From NCBI GenBank assembly GCA_964423965.1, contig CAYRGI010000001.1, positions 15,872 to 62,891 on the forward strand: a stretch of 47,020 bases of DNA, in the 5' to 3' direction. The notes below the pieces were generated by a model. It was not told the origin of the DNA, searched no databases, and saw nothing but the letters and a program-made list of their open reading frames with translations. Every line of letters begins with the position of its first letter. Position 1 is the stretch's first letter. The position numbers and the translations under genes were made by a program. Source of the stretch: an uncultured Candidatus Saccharimonadales bacterium. Its GTDB lineage: Bacteria > Patescibacteriota > Saccharimonadia > UBA4664 > SCTI01. Positions 33,411 to 42,543 of the stretch are shown piece after piece.

Positions 33411-34738
33411 CGTGGGCCTCCTTGATCATGTCTTAAGATAGATACCTCATATATAAGCTGGCGGTTGCGGAAGAATAAGAATCCAATAATTGCAGTAATG
33501 ATCATAATAATAAAAGTACTGCTTCCAGAGCCCGTTTGAGGTAACGCGGCGCTAGCGACTTCAACCTGCTTAGCGACCGTTGGTGCGGTGAGCTTTGTAC
33601 TGACACTATCTTTCTCATAAACATTGTCTATCTGTAGATCGTATGATCGAGGGTCGGATAGTGCAGCTGGCGTAGCAGGCAAAGGGCTTTTTATTCTTGC
33701 AGCGAAGTGCACCACTAAAGAGGCTCCAGGCGCGATATCAGTGGGCGCCCATGTAATAACCCCATCATTCAGTACGCCGTTTTCCGTATCGACGATATCG
33801 GCATACTCCAGGATGTCTCGAACGTTATCTCTTATAACGAATGATTTCTCGCTAGCAGTACCACTGTTTGTGACAGAAACGGTGTAGGTTACGGTTTCTC
33901 CGGCCTGTGCAGTTGCGCCATTCGCGTCCACAGTTGATCCATCAAGTCGAGTTAAGATGCCCGTCTTTAGGGTCGAAATATTTGGACTAAGATTCTCTGT
34001 TGGAGGGGGTATGACGGGTGTTATCGGCGTAGGGGTAACAGGTTGAGCAGGGGTGGGAGTTGGGACGGGCTGCGGGGCAGGGGTTGGAGGCTTTGGAGTC
34101 ACCTTAGGTGGCGTACTTGGCTTATCAGGCTTTGGAGGCGGAGCAGGGGTAGTATCGGTGATGGCGATGTTGCCGCAGTTGATCATTATGGCAAAGTATT
34201 TACCATCAATTGCGCGTCGGCCCTCAATAACTTTATATGTTATGTTATCTCCCCAGGAGTAGAGTGGACGCAAGTAGTATGTTGTCCCATTGATGACAAC
34301 TTTTGTGTCCCAATTCTTACCAGGCTTGTTATTAGGGTGGGGGTTTCTACCCAAAGACTTGATACTGTGGTTACTCGAGTTCATCGTGCCATGTTTTGTA
34401 TTTTCGATATCGTTACGATTGATCCCGTAACGATTAAGTATGGCCTTGATGTCACCATTGTTGTCGTAGTAGTGGAGCATGGTGGCTTGCGGATGGTTGG
34501 TTCCACCGATACCACCTCTAATGATGTCATTCGTGGAACCAGCAGCATTTGCCGGATCTGGTGGAGCGATTACGGTCATAACCTGCAGGCCAGCCACGGC
34601 TACCGCCATTACGATCGAGAGTTGCCTGGTTAGCTGCTCACCCTTAAGACGCCTATAGTAGTAGGCGAGTTGAGTAGTAGCCGAGGGGCTCAAACTGAGG
34701 TTAGAGACAATACTTCTAAACATAAAGGGTACACACAA
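33407..34738 (-). CDS. LPXTG-anchored cell-surface protein with a Pro-rich stalk and a DUF11-like repeat domain
   Basis: The C-terminal LPQTG plus hydrophobic stretch plus RNR is a canonical sortase signal. GETVTYTVSVTNSGTAS...FVIRDNV...GASLVVHFAARIK resembles the DUF11 conserved repeat. The stalk is PPPKPDKPSTPPKVTPKPPTPAPQPVPTPTP. The start is a TTG at 34738, or alternatively an ATG at 34723. Confidence 0.75.
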   Translation of the reverse strand: MCVPFMFRSIVSNLSLSPSATTQLAYYYRRLKGEQLTRQLSIVMAVAVAGLQVMTVIAPPDPANAAGSTNDIIRGGIGGTNHPQATMLHYYDNNGDIKAILNRYGINRNDIENTKHGTMNSSNHSIKSLGRNPHPNNKPGKNWDTKVVINGTTYYLRPLYSWGDNITYKVIEGRRAIDGKYFAIMINCGNIAITDTTPAPPPKPDKPSTPPKVTPKPPTPAPQPVPTPTPAQPVTPTPITPVIPPPTENLSPNISTLKTGILTRLDGSTVDANGATAQAGETVTYTVSVTNSGTASEKSFVIRDNVRDILEYADIVDTENGVLNDGVITWAPTDIAPGASLVVHFAARIKSPLPATPAALSDPRSYDLQIDNVYEKDSVSTKLTAPTVAKQVEVASAALPQTGSGSSTFIIMIITAIIGFLFFRNRQLIYEVSILRHDQGGPR

Positions 34739-34958
34739 TCGTACTTATGCTTAATTATGGGGAATAACAGGAGTAAAAGCAATACGCTTATGCTAAAAAG
34801 CCACGAGAGTACGCCGCAAAACGTAAAATTAGTGATATTTTGCGACATAGGCAATCAAACTTAATGCACATGTTTGCATGCCAAATAGCCAAGCGGTATA
34901 ATAGATACAAATGGTGAGGTGACCAGTTCACCTTTTTCTTTTTCAAACGTAGGAGTTT

Positions 34959-37052
34959 ATGTCAGCTAAATCCAATTCTCAGTATGGCGCAGAACAAATC
35001 CAAGTTCTTGAGGGTCTAGACCCAGTTCGAAAGCGGCCAGGTATGTATATCGGTGGTACCGGCAAAGAGGGTCTCCATCATATGATCTGGGAGATCATCA
35101 ATAACTCGATCGATGAAGCAATGGCTGGATATGGGGACACGGTAGATGTCACCTTACTCGAGGACGGCGGGGTAAAGGTTACCGATTATGGCCGTGGCAT
35201 TCCGGTTGAGAAGCATAAAACTACTGGTAAGAGCGCGCTCGAAACCGTTCTTACCGTTCTTCATGCTGGTGGTAAATTTGGTGGGTCCGAATCAGGATAC
35301 AAGGTTTCCGGTGGACTTCACGGTGTCGGAAGCAGTGTGGTTAATGCGCTTTCAACCAAGTTGGTCGCCGAGGTGCGCCGAGATGGAAAGTTGTACCGCC
35401 AAGAATATGAGGTAGGCAAGCCGCTGACCGAAATCAAGGAAGTCGGTAAATCTTCTGAAACTGGAACCACGATTATGTTCTGGCCTGATAAATCAATTTT
35501 CGAAACCGTTGATTTTGACTATGACATTATTCTCGATTACCTAAGGCATCAAGCTTATTTGACGAAAGGTATTCATCTGAGGGTAATTAACGAGAAGACC
35601 GGCCAGCGCTACGGTTATTATTTTGAAGGCGGAATTCGTAGTTATGTTGAGCACCTCAATAAAGACAAAGCGATCGTCAATCAGCCGCCATTCTATATCG
35701 ATAAGCAAGTGGGTGATGTAGCAGTTGAAATAGCTATACAGTATTCCGAAAGCTTTACCGAGAATGTAAAGACATTTGCAAACAATATTACAAACCCTGG
35801 TGGTGGTACTCATTTGACCGGGTTTAGGTCGGCTTTAACCAGAGTAGTTAACGACTACGCGCGTAAGAACAACCTTCTGAAGGAGAAAGAAGAGAGTTTG
35901 ACGGGTGAGGATGTACGAGAAGGTTTAACGGCAGTCATATCTGTGAAACTGCCCGATCCACAGTTTGAAGGACAGACCAAAGATAAGCTTGGCTCCCCGG
36001 AAGTTCGCGGTGTTGTCGAGCAGATTATGAATGAGTGGTTCTCTTATTATCTTGAAGAAAATCCCAACGAGGGGAAGAAGATTATTGGTAAAGCGACTCT
36101 TAGTGCCAGAGCCAGGCTTGCAGCTCGAGCCGCTCGCGATACTATCATTCGAAAGGGCGCACTCGATAGCATGTCGATGGTTGATAAGCTGGCCGACTGC
36201 CGTACAAAAGATCGAACAAGAAGTGAGCTTTATATAGTAGAGGGTGACTCAGCAGGTGGCTCGGCAAAGGGTGGACGCGACTCGGAGTTTCAAGCGATAC
36301 TTCCGCTTCGTGGTAAAATCCTCAACGTTGAGCGCGCACGTCTGGACAGGATGCTTGGTAACAATGAGATAAAAAACCTGATTGTAGCTATGGGAACAGG
36401 TATAGGCGACCAGTTTGAGCTGGAAAAGCTGAGGTACGGTCATATCATTATCATGACTGACGCCGATGTTGATGGTGCCCATATTCGCACGCTTCTGCTT
36501 ACTTTCTTTTACCGCCATATGCCCGAAGTAATCGAGCAAGGTCATCTTTACATAGCGCAGCCACCCCTATTCCTGCTGCCAGTCGGTCGTAAGAAAATCT
36601 ATGCCTACTCAGACGAGGAGAGAGATGCCATCATCGATCGCCTGATAGAAGAAAGGACCGGCAAGAAGAAGCCTGCTAAGGATGAGGAAGTGGTTGAGCC
36701 AGTAGCTGTAGAAGATCCGGAGCCAGAAGAAACGGAAGAGGTTGAAGTACAAGAAGTAGAGGCAGCTGAGGGCACAGAGGAAGACTCGCCCGTAACCGAA
36801 GAAGAGCGAAATCGACTCAAGAATGCAGGAATTACGGGCAACATTCAGCGCTATAAAGGTCTTGGTGAGATGAACGCAGATCAGCTCTGGGAAACGACTA
36901 TGAATCCAGATAACCGTATCCTATTACAGGTCACCATCGATGACGCCGAGAAAGCAGACGCCATCTTCAACAAGTTGATGGGCGAGGAAGTATTGTTAAG
37001 AAAGAACTTCATCCAGACACATGCTCGTGAAGTTGTTGATATTGATATCTAA
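34959..37052 (+). CDS. gyrB: DNA gyrase subunit B
   Basis: GHKL ATPase N-terminus (LEGLDPVRKRPGMYIGG, HHMIWEIINNSIDEA), TOPRIM domain (ELYIVEGDSAGGSAK, IMTDADVDGAHI) and C-terminal QRYKGLGEM. Confidence 0.95.
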   Translation: MSAKSNSQYGAEQIQVLEGLDPVRKRPGMYIGGTGKEGLHHMIWEIINNSIDEAMAGYGDTVDVTLLEDGGVKVTDYGRGIPVEKHKTTGKSALETVLTVLHAGGKFGGSESGYKVSGGLHGVGSSVVNALSTKLVAEVRRDGKLYRQEYEVGKPLTEIKEVGKSSETGTTIMFWPDKSIFETVDFDYDIILDYLRHQAYLTKGIHLRVINEKTGQRYGYYFEGGIRSYVEHLNKDKAIVNQPPFYIDKQVGDVAVEIAIQYSESFTENVKTFANNITNPGGGTHLTGFRSALTRVVNDYARKNNLLKEKEESLTGEDVREGLTAVISVKLPDPQFEGQTKDKLGSPEVRGVVEQIMNEWFSYYLEENPNEGKKIIGKATLSARARLAARAARDTIIRKGALDSMSMVDKLADCRTKDRTRSELYIVEGDSAGGSAKGGRDSEFQAILPLRGKILNVERARLDRMLGNNEIKNLIVAMGTGIGDQFELEKLRYGHIIIMTDADVDGAHIRTLLLTFFYRHMPEVIEQGHLYIAQPPLFLLPVGRKKIYAYSDEERDAIIDRLIEERTGKKKPAKDEEVVEPVAVEDPEPEETEEVEVQEVEAAEGTEEDSPVTEEERNRLKNAGITGNIQRYKGLGEMNADQLWETTMNPDNRILLQVTIDDAEKADAIFNKLMGEEVLLRKNFIQTHAREVVDIDI

Positions 37053-37061
37053 GGTAAGTAA

Positions 37062-39671
37062 ATGAATCCAGAAGAACAGACACCAGAAGAAAAGATTACG
37101 CCCGAAGAAGCCGCTGAAGCTGTAGAAAACGCTCAAAAGCATATCGCAAGCGGGAATATCAAGTTCCAGTCTCTTGAGACCGAGATGGAGACTAGCTACC
37201 TTAACTACGCTATGTCGGTTATTGTTTCCCGCGCCCTTCCAGATGTTAGAGATGGATTAAAGCCAGTACATCGCCGAATTCTGTATGTCATGAACAGCAT
37301 GGGCCTCAGACATACCTCAAAGTATCGCAAGAGTGCTGCAGTTGTAGGTGACGTTATGGGAACCTTCCACCCTCATGGTGACTCGGCAATTTATGACGCC
37401 ATGGTTCGCCTGGCTCAAGACTTCTCGATGCGCTATCCATTAGTCGATGGACAGGGTAACTTTGGGTCTATGGATGGCGACCCTGCGGCCGCTATGCGCT
37501 ATACCGAAGCACGTATGACTCGTATTGCAGGCGAGATGCTCTTTGACATCGAGAAGAACACGGTTGATTTTCGTCCCAACTACGACGGCTCAACAAAAGA
37601 GCCAACGGTTCTTCCTGCAAAGATTCCAAACCTGCTCCTAAATGGGCAAATGGGTATTGCTGTTGGAATGGCAACCAATATTCCACCTCATAATCTTGGG
37701 GAGCTAGTAGATGGTGTAATTCACCTAATCGACAACCCAGAGGCTCCGCTTGATGATCTAATGCAATATATTAAAGGACCCGATTTCCCAACTGGCGGGG
37801 TTATCTACGGCAATAATTCGATAAAACAAGCGTACGGAACCGGCAAAGGCTCAATTGTTATCCGTGCCGTCGCCGAGATCGAAGAGGACAAGAAGGGCAA
37901 TCAACAGATTGTCATCACCGAGATTCCTTTCCAGGTGAATAAATCGACTCTTGTAACTAAGATTGCTGAGCTCGTAAAAGAAAAGCGCATTGTTGGAATT
38001 AGCGACCTACGCGATGAGTCAAACCGTCACGGAGTGCGCGTTGTCGTCGAGCTCAAGAAGGATAGCTACCCGAAGAAGATCCTCAACCAGCTATACAAGA
38101 TGACCCCGATGCAGAGTGCCTTCCACGTTAATATGCTGGCATTAGTTGATGGCATCCAGCCTCGCGTGATGACCCTCGAGATGATGCTTCGAGAATTTAC
38201 AAAGCATCGCCAAGTAGTAGTTCGCCGCCGCACCGAGTTTGAGCTCGGTAAGGCTAAGGAGCGAGCTCATATTCTGGAAGGGCTCAAGATTGCTCTCGAT
38301 CACATTGATGAGGTAATCAAGACAATTCGAGCCAGCAAGACATCGGAAGAAGCCGAGACTAACTTAATCAAGCAATTTAAGCTGACTACCGTTCAAGCCA
38401 AGGCAATTCTTGCAATGCAGCTCAGACGTTTGACTGGCCTTGAGCGACAGGTCATTGAGGATGAACTCGCAGCCCTACTTAAACTTATCGCTGAGCTCGA
38501 GAAAATTCTGGCGGATGAAAAAGAAATCCTGCGCATTATTAAAGAAGAGCTCACGGAAGTCAAAGATAAATATGGTGATGATCGCCGAACCAAGATTGTA
38601 GCCCAAGAGCTTGGCAAGTTTAGCGAAGAGGAGCTCGTTCCAAACGAGCAGGTAATTGTCACGCTAACGCAAGGCAACTATATCAAGAGGATAGCGGCGA
38701 ATACATATAAGAGTCAGGGCCGCGGTGGTAAGGGAATTATGGGCATGACTACTAAAGAAGAGGACGTAGTAGAGCATTTAGTTCTGACCCAAAACCATGA
38801 TTTTATACTGTTCTTTACCAATAAAGGACGCGTGTTTAGGCAAAAAGTTTACGAAATTCCTGCCGCTAGCCGAACCGCTAAGGGACAAGCGATTGTGAAC
38901 CTACTCCAGTTGGGTCCCGATGAGGTAGTAACTTCGCTCAATACATTTAGCAAAGATACAGCTGGCAAATACCTGTTTATGACCACAAAGAATGGAACCG
39001 TAAAAAAGACCGCACTTACAGATTATGCAAATGTTCGAACTAATGGTTTGATTTCTATCAAACTTGATAGCGGAGATGAACTCAAGTGGGTTAAGCAGAC
39101 TAGCGGAAGCGATGAGATCGTGATCTCAACTATGCTGGCGCAAGCAATTAGATTTAAAGAAACAGATGTGCGTCCGATGGGGCGTGCTACCAGAGGGGTT
39201 AGAGGAGTTCGACTGCGCCCAGGTGATACGGTAGTTGGAATGGATGTTGTTTCGCCAGAAACCCAGCTGCTGGTAGTCATGGAGAACGGCTATGGCAAGA
39301 GAACCAAGGTTGATCAGTTCGCAACTCATGCTCGAGGCGGAGTAGGCATTAAGGCAGGTGTTGTTACTGATAAGACTGGTAAAACCGTTGACGTACGTGC
39401 TATCGAAAGTGTGGATGACGATCTGGTTATTGTGTCTACCAATGGCCAGGTTATACGGTTGCCACTCAAAGAAATTTCATTAATAGGACGAGCTACTCAA
39501 GGCGTCAGAATAATGAGAATGAAAGAAGGGGATAAAGTTGCTTCGGTGGCATTAGTCGGAGAGGCAAAGCTAGAAGAGGAAATTGCAGCTGAGTCATCCG
39601 AAAGTGAAGCATCATCCAAGGAAGAAGAGAAGCCCCAAAAGAAGGTTTCGAAGAAACCCACAAGCAAATAA
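37062..39671 (+). CDS. gyrA: DNA gyrase subunit A
   Basis: The sequence has [36 protein letters not shown] and the active-site AAMRYTE. The GyrA-box region and beta-pinwheel repeats are present. The tail is acidic and Lys-rich. Confidence 0.95.
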   Translation: MNPEEQTPEEKITPEEAAEAVENAQKHIASGNIKFQSLETEMETSYLNYAMSVIVSRALPDVRDGLKPVHRRILYVMNSMGLRHTSKYRKSAAVVGDVMGTFHPHGDSAIYDAMVRLAQDFSMRYPLVDGQGNFGSMDGDPAAAMRYTEARMTRIAGEMLFDIEKNTVDFRPNYDGSTKEPTVLPAKIPNLLLNGQMGIAVGMATNIPPHNLGELVDGVIHLIDNPEAPLDDLMQYIKGPDFPTGGVIYGNNSIKQAYGTGKGSIVIRAVAEIEEDKKGNQQIVITEIPFQVNKSTLVTKIAELVKEKRIVGISDLRDESNRHGVRVVVELKKDSYPKKILNQLYKMTPMQSAFHVNMLALVDGIQPRVMTLEMMLREFTKHRQVVVRRRTEFELGKAKERAHILEGLKIALDHIDEVIKTIRASKTSEEAETNLIKQFKLTTVQAKAILAMQLRRLTGLERQVIEDELAALLKLIAELEKILADEKEILRIIKEELTEVKDKYGDDRRTKIVAQELGKFSEEELVPNEQVIVTLTQGNYIKRIAANTYKSQGRGGKGIMGMTTKEEDVVEHLVLTQNHDFILFFTNKGRVFRQKVYEIPAASRTAKGQAIVNLLQLGPDEVVTSLNTFSKDTAGKYLFMTTKNGTVKKTALTDYANVRTNGLISIKLDSGDELKWVKQTSGSDEIVISTMLAQAIRFKETDVRPMGRATRGVRGVRLRPGDTVVGMDVVSPETQLLVVMENGYGKRTKVDQFATHARGGVGIKAGVVTDKTGKTVDVRAIESVDDDLVIVSTNGQVIRLPLKEISLIGRATQGVRIMRMKEGDKVASVALVGEAKLEEEIAAESSESEASSKEEEKPQKKVSKKPTSK

Positions 39672-39860
39672 TTGTTGATTTTTCTACAATAAGCATAAGC
39701 AAATAATAGCTTAGCAAAGCCATAAAAACATAACAGAGTTGGGATTTTTTTTGGGCCATCATCCAATTTATTGGCATGTTCGCCTTGCTTTTTATTGTGG
39801 CAATTGATCGTGCTCTTAACCTACAAGAACCTTTATTCTTTCATAAAGTAGGAGGGTGTC

Positions 39861-40658
39861 TTGGGCAAGAAAGCTAGGCAAATACTTAGCGCATTAGCTT
39901 TTACCGCAACTGTTGGTTCAGGAGCGGCGTTAGCCGATGCTTCTGTTGTCACAAACTCTACTGCAAGCACAACTGTAAGTAATGAAGTTGAAAGTAGTAT
40001 TGTATCTAACTCATCTACCATTTCGAGTTCTTCAAATGAACAAAAATCAATTGATTCATCTCCTCTACAGGGTGAGTCAGCTACACATGAGGATTTTCAA
40101 ATAAGCCAAAAACAATTTGATGAAGAGCAATCAACTACGCAAGAAAATAAAAGCGAAGCCTCATCTGCATCTACACAAAATGAGGGGGTAGTTAATTTGA
40201 GTAAAGCTTCGGTATCATCGAGTTCAACGGCTCAAAGCAAAGGTAAATTGAGCCCACTTTGGTATTCCGATGCAAATCCTGAATCAAGATTAGATGCCAA
40301 GTCATTTGTATCGCAAACACCAGCAACTAGTTCCACAAACTCAAATCCACCACATAAATCAGATCCATTTAGTGGAATTATTGATGAGCTAGGTTTCCTT
40401 TCGGAGATAACTTTACCACTTGCTTTAGGAGGAGGTTTCGGAGGCTTTGCGTCTGACAAGAACTATCCTTCGTTAGTACTCATATTCATTCCCTTGATTT
40501 TGGCGCTTATTGCTTCTCGGATGTATATATTCTCTAGATATACAGACCGTTTGCGATACTCAGGGTTCATACACGCTCCGCGTAGTGATACGTTGTGGGC
40601 CTTCGATTTTGCCACTCCACCAAGATGGGTTTTATCAACTGCTCTAAGCAGAGCTTGA
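39861..40658 (+). CDS. Secreted Ser-rich protein with a C-terminal TM helix and basic cytoplasmic tail (first gene of the repeat-protein operon)
   Basis: TTG start with AGGAGGG upstream. Signal peptide ...GSGAALA/DAS. The middle is long and Ser/Thr/Asn/Glu-rich. TM helix LVLIFIPLILALIAS. Confidence 0.6.
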   Translation: MGKKARQILSALAFTATVGSGAALADASVVTNSTASTTVSNEVESSIVSNSSTISSSSNEQKSIDSSPLQGESATHEDFQISQKQFDEEQSTTQENKSEASSASTQNEGVVNLSKASVSSSSTAQSKGKLSPLWYSDANPESRLDAKSFVSQTPATSSTNSNPPHKSDPFSGIIDELGFLSEITLPLALGGGFGGFASDKNYPSLVLIFIPLILALIASRMYIFSRYTDRLRYSGFIHAPRSDTLWAFDFATPPRWVLSTALSRA

Positions 40659-40721
40659 AGGTAAAGCCTATTTTTGGTGGGTGCGAATGAATAACGCTAT
40701 TAGAAAGGAGGTGAAAGATGC

Positions 40722-41396
40722 ATGGGAGTTAAAGAGATAGCAAAAGCAGCTGTTATTGCAGGTTCTGTGACACTGGTTGGAGCGGGGGCAGCATTCGCAG
40801 ATGAAGCTTCAATAAATGAGACTGGTCCTGATTCAAGCAACACGATCAGTGTCAGCTACAGTAACAACATGAGTGTTAGTAATCAGAATTCAGTTACGGT
40901 AACAAATAACAATCAACAATCAGCATCGTCCGGGAGTGCAACTGTTAGCAACAACACAACCGCAGGAGATGCAACTAGCGGTAACGCTAGTAACTCAAAC
41001 AGCACATCAACAAGTATAGAGATAGGTAATCAAACTCAGGGCGGAAACGGTAACGGGCCCGGCGGCGGCCAAGGGAGTGGCGGCGGCGCTGGCTCCGGTA
41101 GCGGTGGCCAAGGTGCTGGAGGATCTGGTGGTATGGGCGGTGGAAGCTCCTCAGCAGCTGGTGGTTTAGGCGGTGGCCTTGCCATGGGCGGCGTAGGTGG
41201 CGGAATATCGACATTGCCAGCAGTAGGATGTGAAGTGGTTTGTGATGTCAGTGGTTTGAGAGCAGGATATAACGATGAAATTGCAAAAGCAACCGAACAG
41301 GCGAGAGGCATATCGGCCAGTCTGCTAGCATTAGCAGCGATATTAAGTCTTGTAGGAGCGGGAGGAAGCGCATTCTTCGCACGTAAGCAAGCATAG
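40722..41396 (+). CDS. Secreted TGPDS-module protein with a Gly-rich spacer and C-terminal membrane anchor
   Basis: AGGAGG ribosome-binding site. Signal peptide ...GAGAAFA/DEAS. One repeat module (aa 34-101), a 55-aa Gly-rich tract (aa 107-161), a CEVVC Cys pair, then C-terminal LLALAAILSLVGAGGSAFFARKQA. Confidence 0.7.
   Translation: MGVKEIAKAAVIAGSVTLVGAGAAFADEASINETGPDSSNTISVSYSNNMSVSNQNSVTVTNNNQQSASSGSATVSNNTTAGDATSGNASNSNSTSTSIEIGNQTQGGNGNGPGGGQGSGGGAGSGSGGQGAGGSGGMGGGSSSAAGGLGGGLAMGGVGGGISTLPAVGCEVVCDVSGLRAGYNDEIAKATEQARGISASLLALAAILSLVGAGGSAFFARKQA
41040..41204 (+). repeat. Gly-rich low-complexity coding tract (GGN codon runs)
   Basis: The tract reads GGNGNGPGGGQGSGGGAGSGSGGQGAGGSGGMGGGSSSAAGGLGGGLAMGGVGGG. 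It produces the spurious antisense ORF at 41036-41476. Confidence 0.85.
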
Positions 41397-41405
41397 GGGG
41401 TAAGA

Positions 41406-41864
41406 ATGGTAGTTCCAATAAAGAAGACAGCTATTGCAGTTGGAGTAGTAATGGTATCAGGTGGTGCGCTTATCACCCTTGCACACGACCAGATGCCAAC
41501 TACAAGTTCTAGTGGTAATCAAAGGGGTCAGCAAAACTCTGACGTCCAGGGTGTTGTGGAGAATCCACCCGTGGATGTGAAGATAAATGGCCAGCAGGTA
41601 CCGGTTCAGCCAGGGACAACTAGCTTTGACACCGGTTCTGGAAAAGCCACGGTCAGCGCTTCTAATGATCGAGTTGAGGTAAATCACAAGTCAACATCGG
41701 TTACCCCAGGGAACGTTGATGTAAGAGTCAAGACCGAGAGTCACGGGAACTCTAATACTAGTGCCCGGTATCGGTCTACTACCAGGAGCTCAACAGAGAG
41801 TTCATCGTCTTCGAGTGTAGAAATTTCTACTAAGGGGGACAGCAAAGTAAATATTGAAGAATAA
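41406..41864 (+). CDS. Small secreted or signal-anchored Ser/Thr/Asn-rich protein
   Basis: It has an N-terminal hydrophobic segment, AIAVGVVMVSGGALITLA. It lies between two repeat-module genes, with a 9-nt gap after the upstream stop codon. Confidence 0.55.
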   Translation: MVVPIKKTAIAVGVVMVSGGALITLAHDQMPTTSSSGNQRGQQNSDVQGVVENPPVDVKINGQQVPVQPGTTSFDTGSGKATVSASNDRVEVNHKSTSVTPGNVDVRVKTESHGNSNTSARYRSTTRSSTESSSSSSVEISTKGDSKVNIEE

Positions 41865-41882
41865 ATAAGTGAGGAATATAGG

Positions 41883-42464
41883 ATGGAAAAAGTACTAAAG
41901 TACGCGTCAATCGGATTGGCATCGTTGGGAATAGGTTTAGGAGTGGCAGCGGCAGATAGTGCCGACATTGGCACCACTGGACCAGATTCAGACAATAAGG
42001 TCGAGATCAGTAGGCATAATGATCTCGATATCGATAACAACAATGATGTTGATGTAAATAACAACAACGACCAAGAGGCTCGTACCGGTGACGCTAAAGT
42101 TTACGACAATACAACCGGTGGTGATGCCGAAAGCGGTAATGCCGAAAACTCGAATGACACTTCAACCGAGGTTAGTGTGACAAACTCGGGGGCGGGATCA
42201 TGGTCCGCGATGTTTGGAGGCAATGGAAGCTCCAGCGCATCGATTGATACTACTGGCCCAGATAGCTACAACAGCATCAAGTTCCACTATGATAACGATG
42301 TAAATGTTGATAACGATAATGACGTTAATGTTAACAACAATAACAGTCAGACTGCCAAGAGTGGTAATGCAACCGTTCAGCACAACACATCAGGTGGGGG
42401 TGCTTCAAGTGGTAGCGCAACAAACACAAATAGCACATCAACTTCGGTCCATATTAGCAACTAA
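41883..42464 (+). CDS. Secreted two-module TGPDS repeat protein, highly acidic (Asp/Asn-rich), no anchor
   Basis: Signal peptide ...GLGVAAA/DSAD. The modules are at aa 32-100 and aa 124-193 (nt 41976-42182 and 42252-42461). The protein ends directly after the second module. Confidence 0.7.
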   Translation: MEKVLKYASIGLASLGIGLGVAAADSADIGTTGPDSDNKVEISRHNDLDIDNNNDVDVNNNNDQEARTGDAKVYDNTTGGDAESGNAENSNDTSTEVSVTNSGAGSWSAMFGGNGSSSASIDTTGPDSYNSIKFHYDNDVNVDNDNDVNVNNNNSQTAKSGNATVQHNTSGGGASSGSATNTNSTSTSVHISN

Positions 42465-42477
42465 CTAATAGACTGAA

Positions 42478-42501
42478 GCGGGAGAGCATGTCTCTCCCCG
42501 C
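42478..42501 (+). terminator. Hairpin between the two-module gene and the 757-aa gene (terminator or attenuator)
   Basis: GGAGAG pairs with CTCTCC (6 bp, extended by flanking G-C pairs). AATTATAGTTTTT follows. Confidence 0.45.
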
Positions 42502-42543
42502 AATTATAGTTTTTGGAGAATTAATCAGATTGAGAGGTACGGG

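Noticed and set aside
36655-36830. Acidic insertion of about 55 aa (KDEEVVEPVAVEDPEPEETEEVEVQEVEAAEGTEEDSPVTEEE) in GyrB, considered as an intein or foreign insert.
   Set aside because: It has no intein splice motifs or endonuclease blocks. It is low-complexity and in frame, at a position where GyrB proteins tolerate lineage-specific insertions.
41195-41215. LPAVG in the 224-aa protein considered as a sortase (LPXTG-like) cleavage motif.
   Set aside because: It lies about 35 residues upstream of the C-terminal hydrophobic helix, whereas sortase signals place the motif immediately before the helix. The canonical example in this window (LPQTG at the end of 33407-34738) shows the expected spacing.
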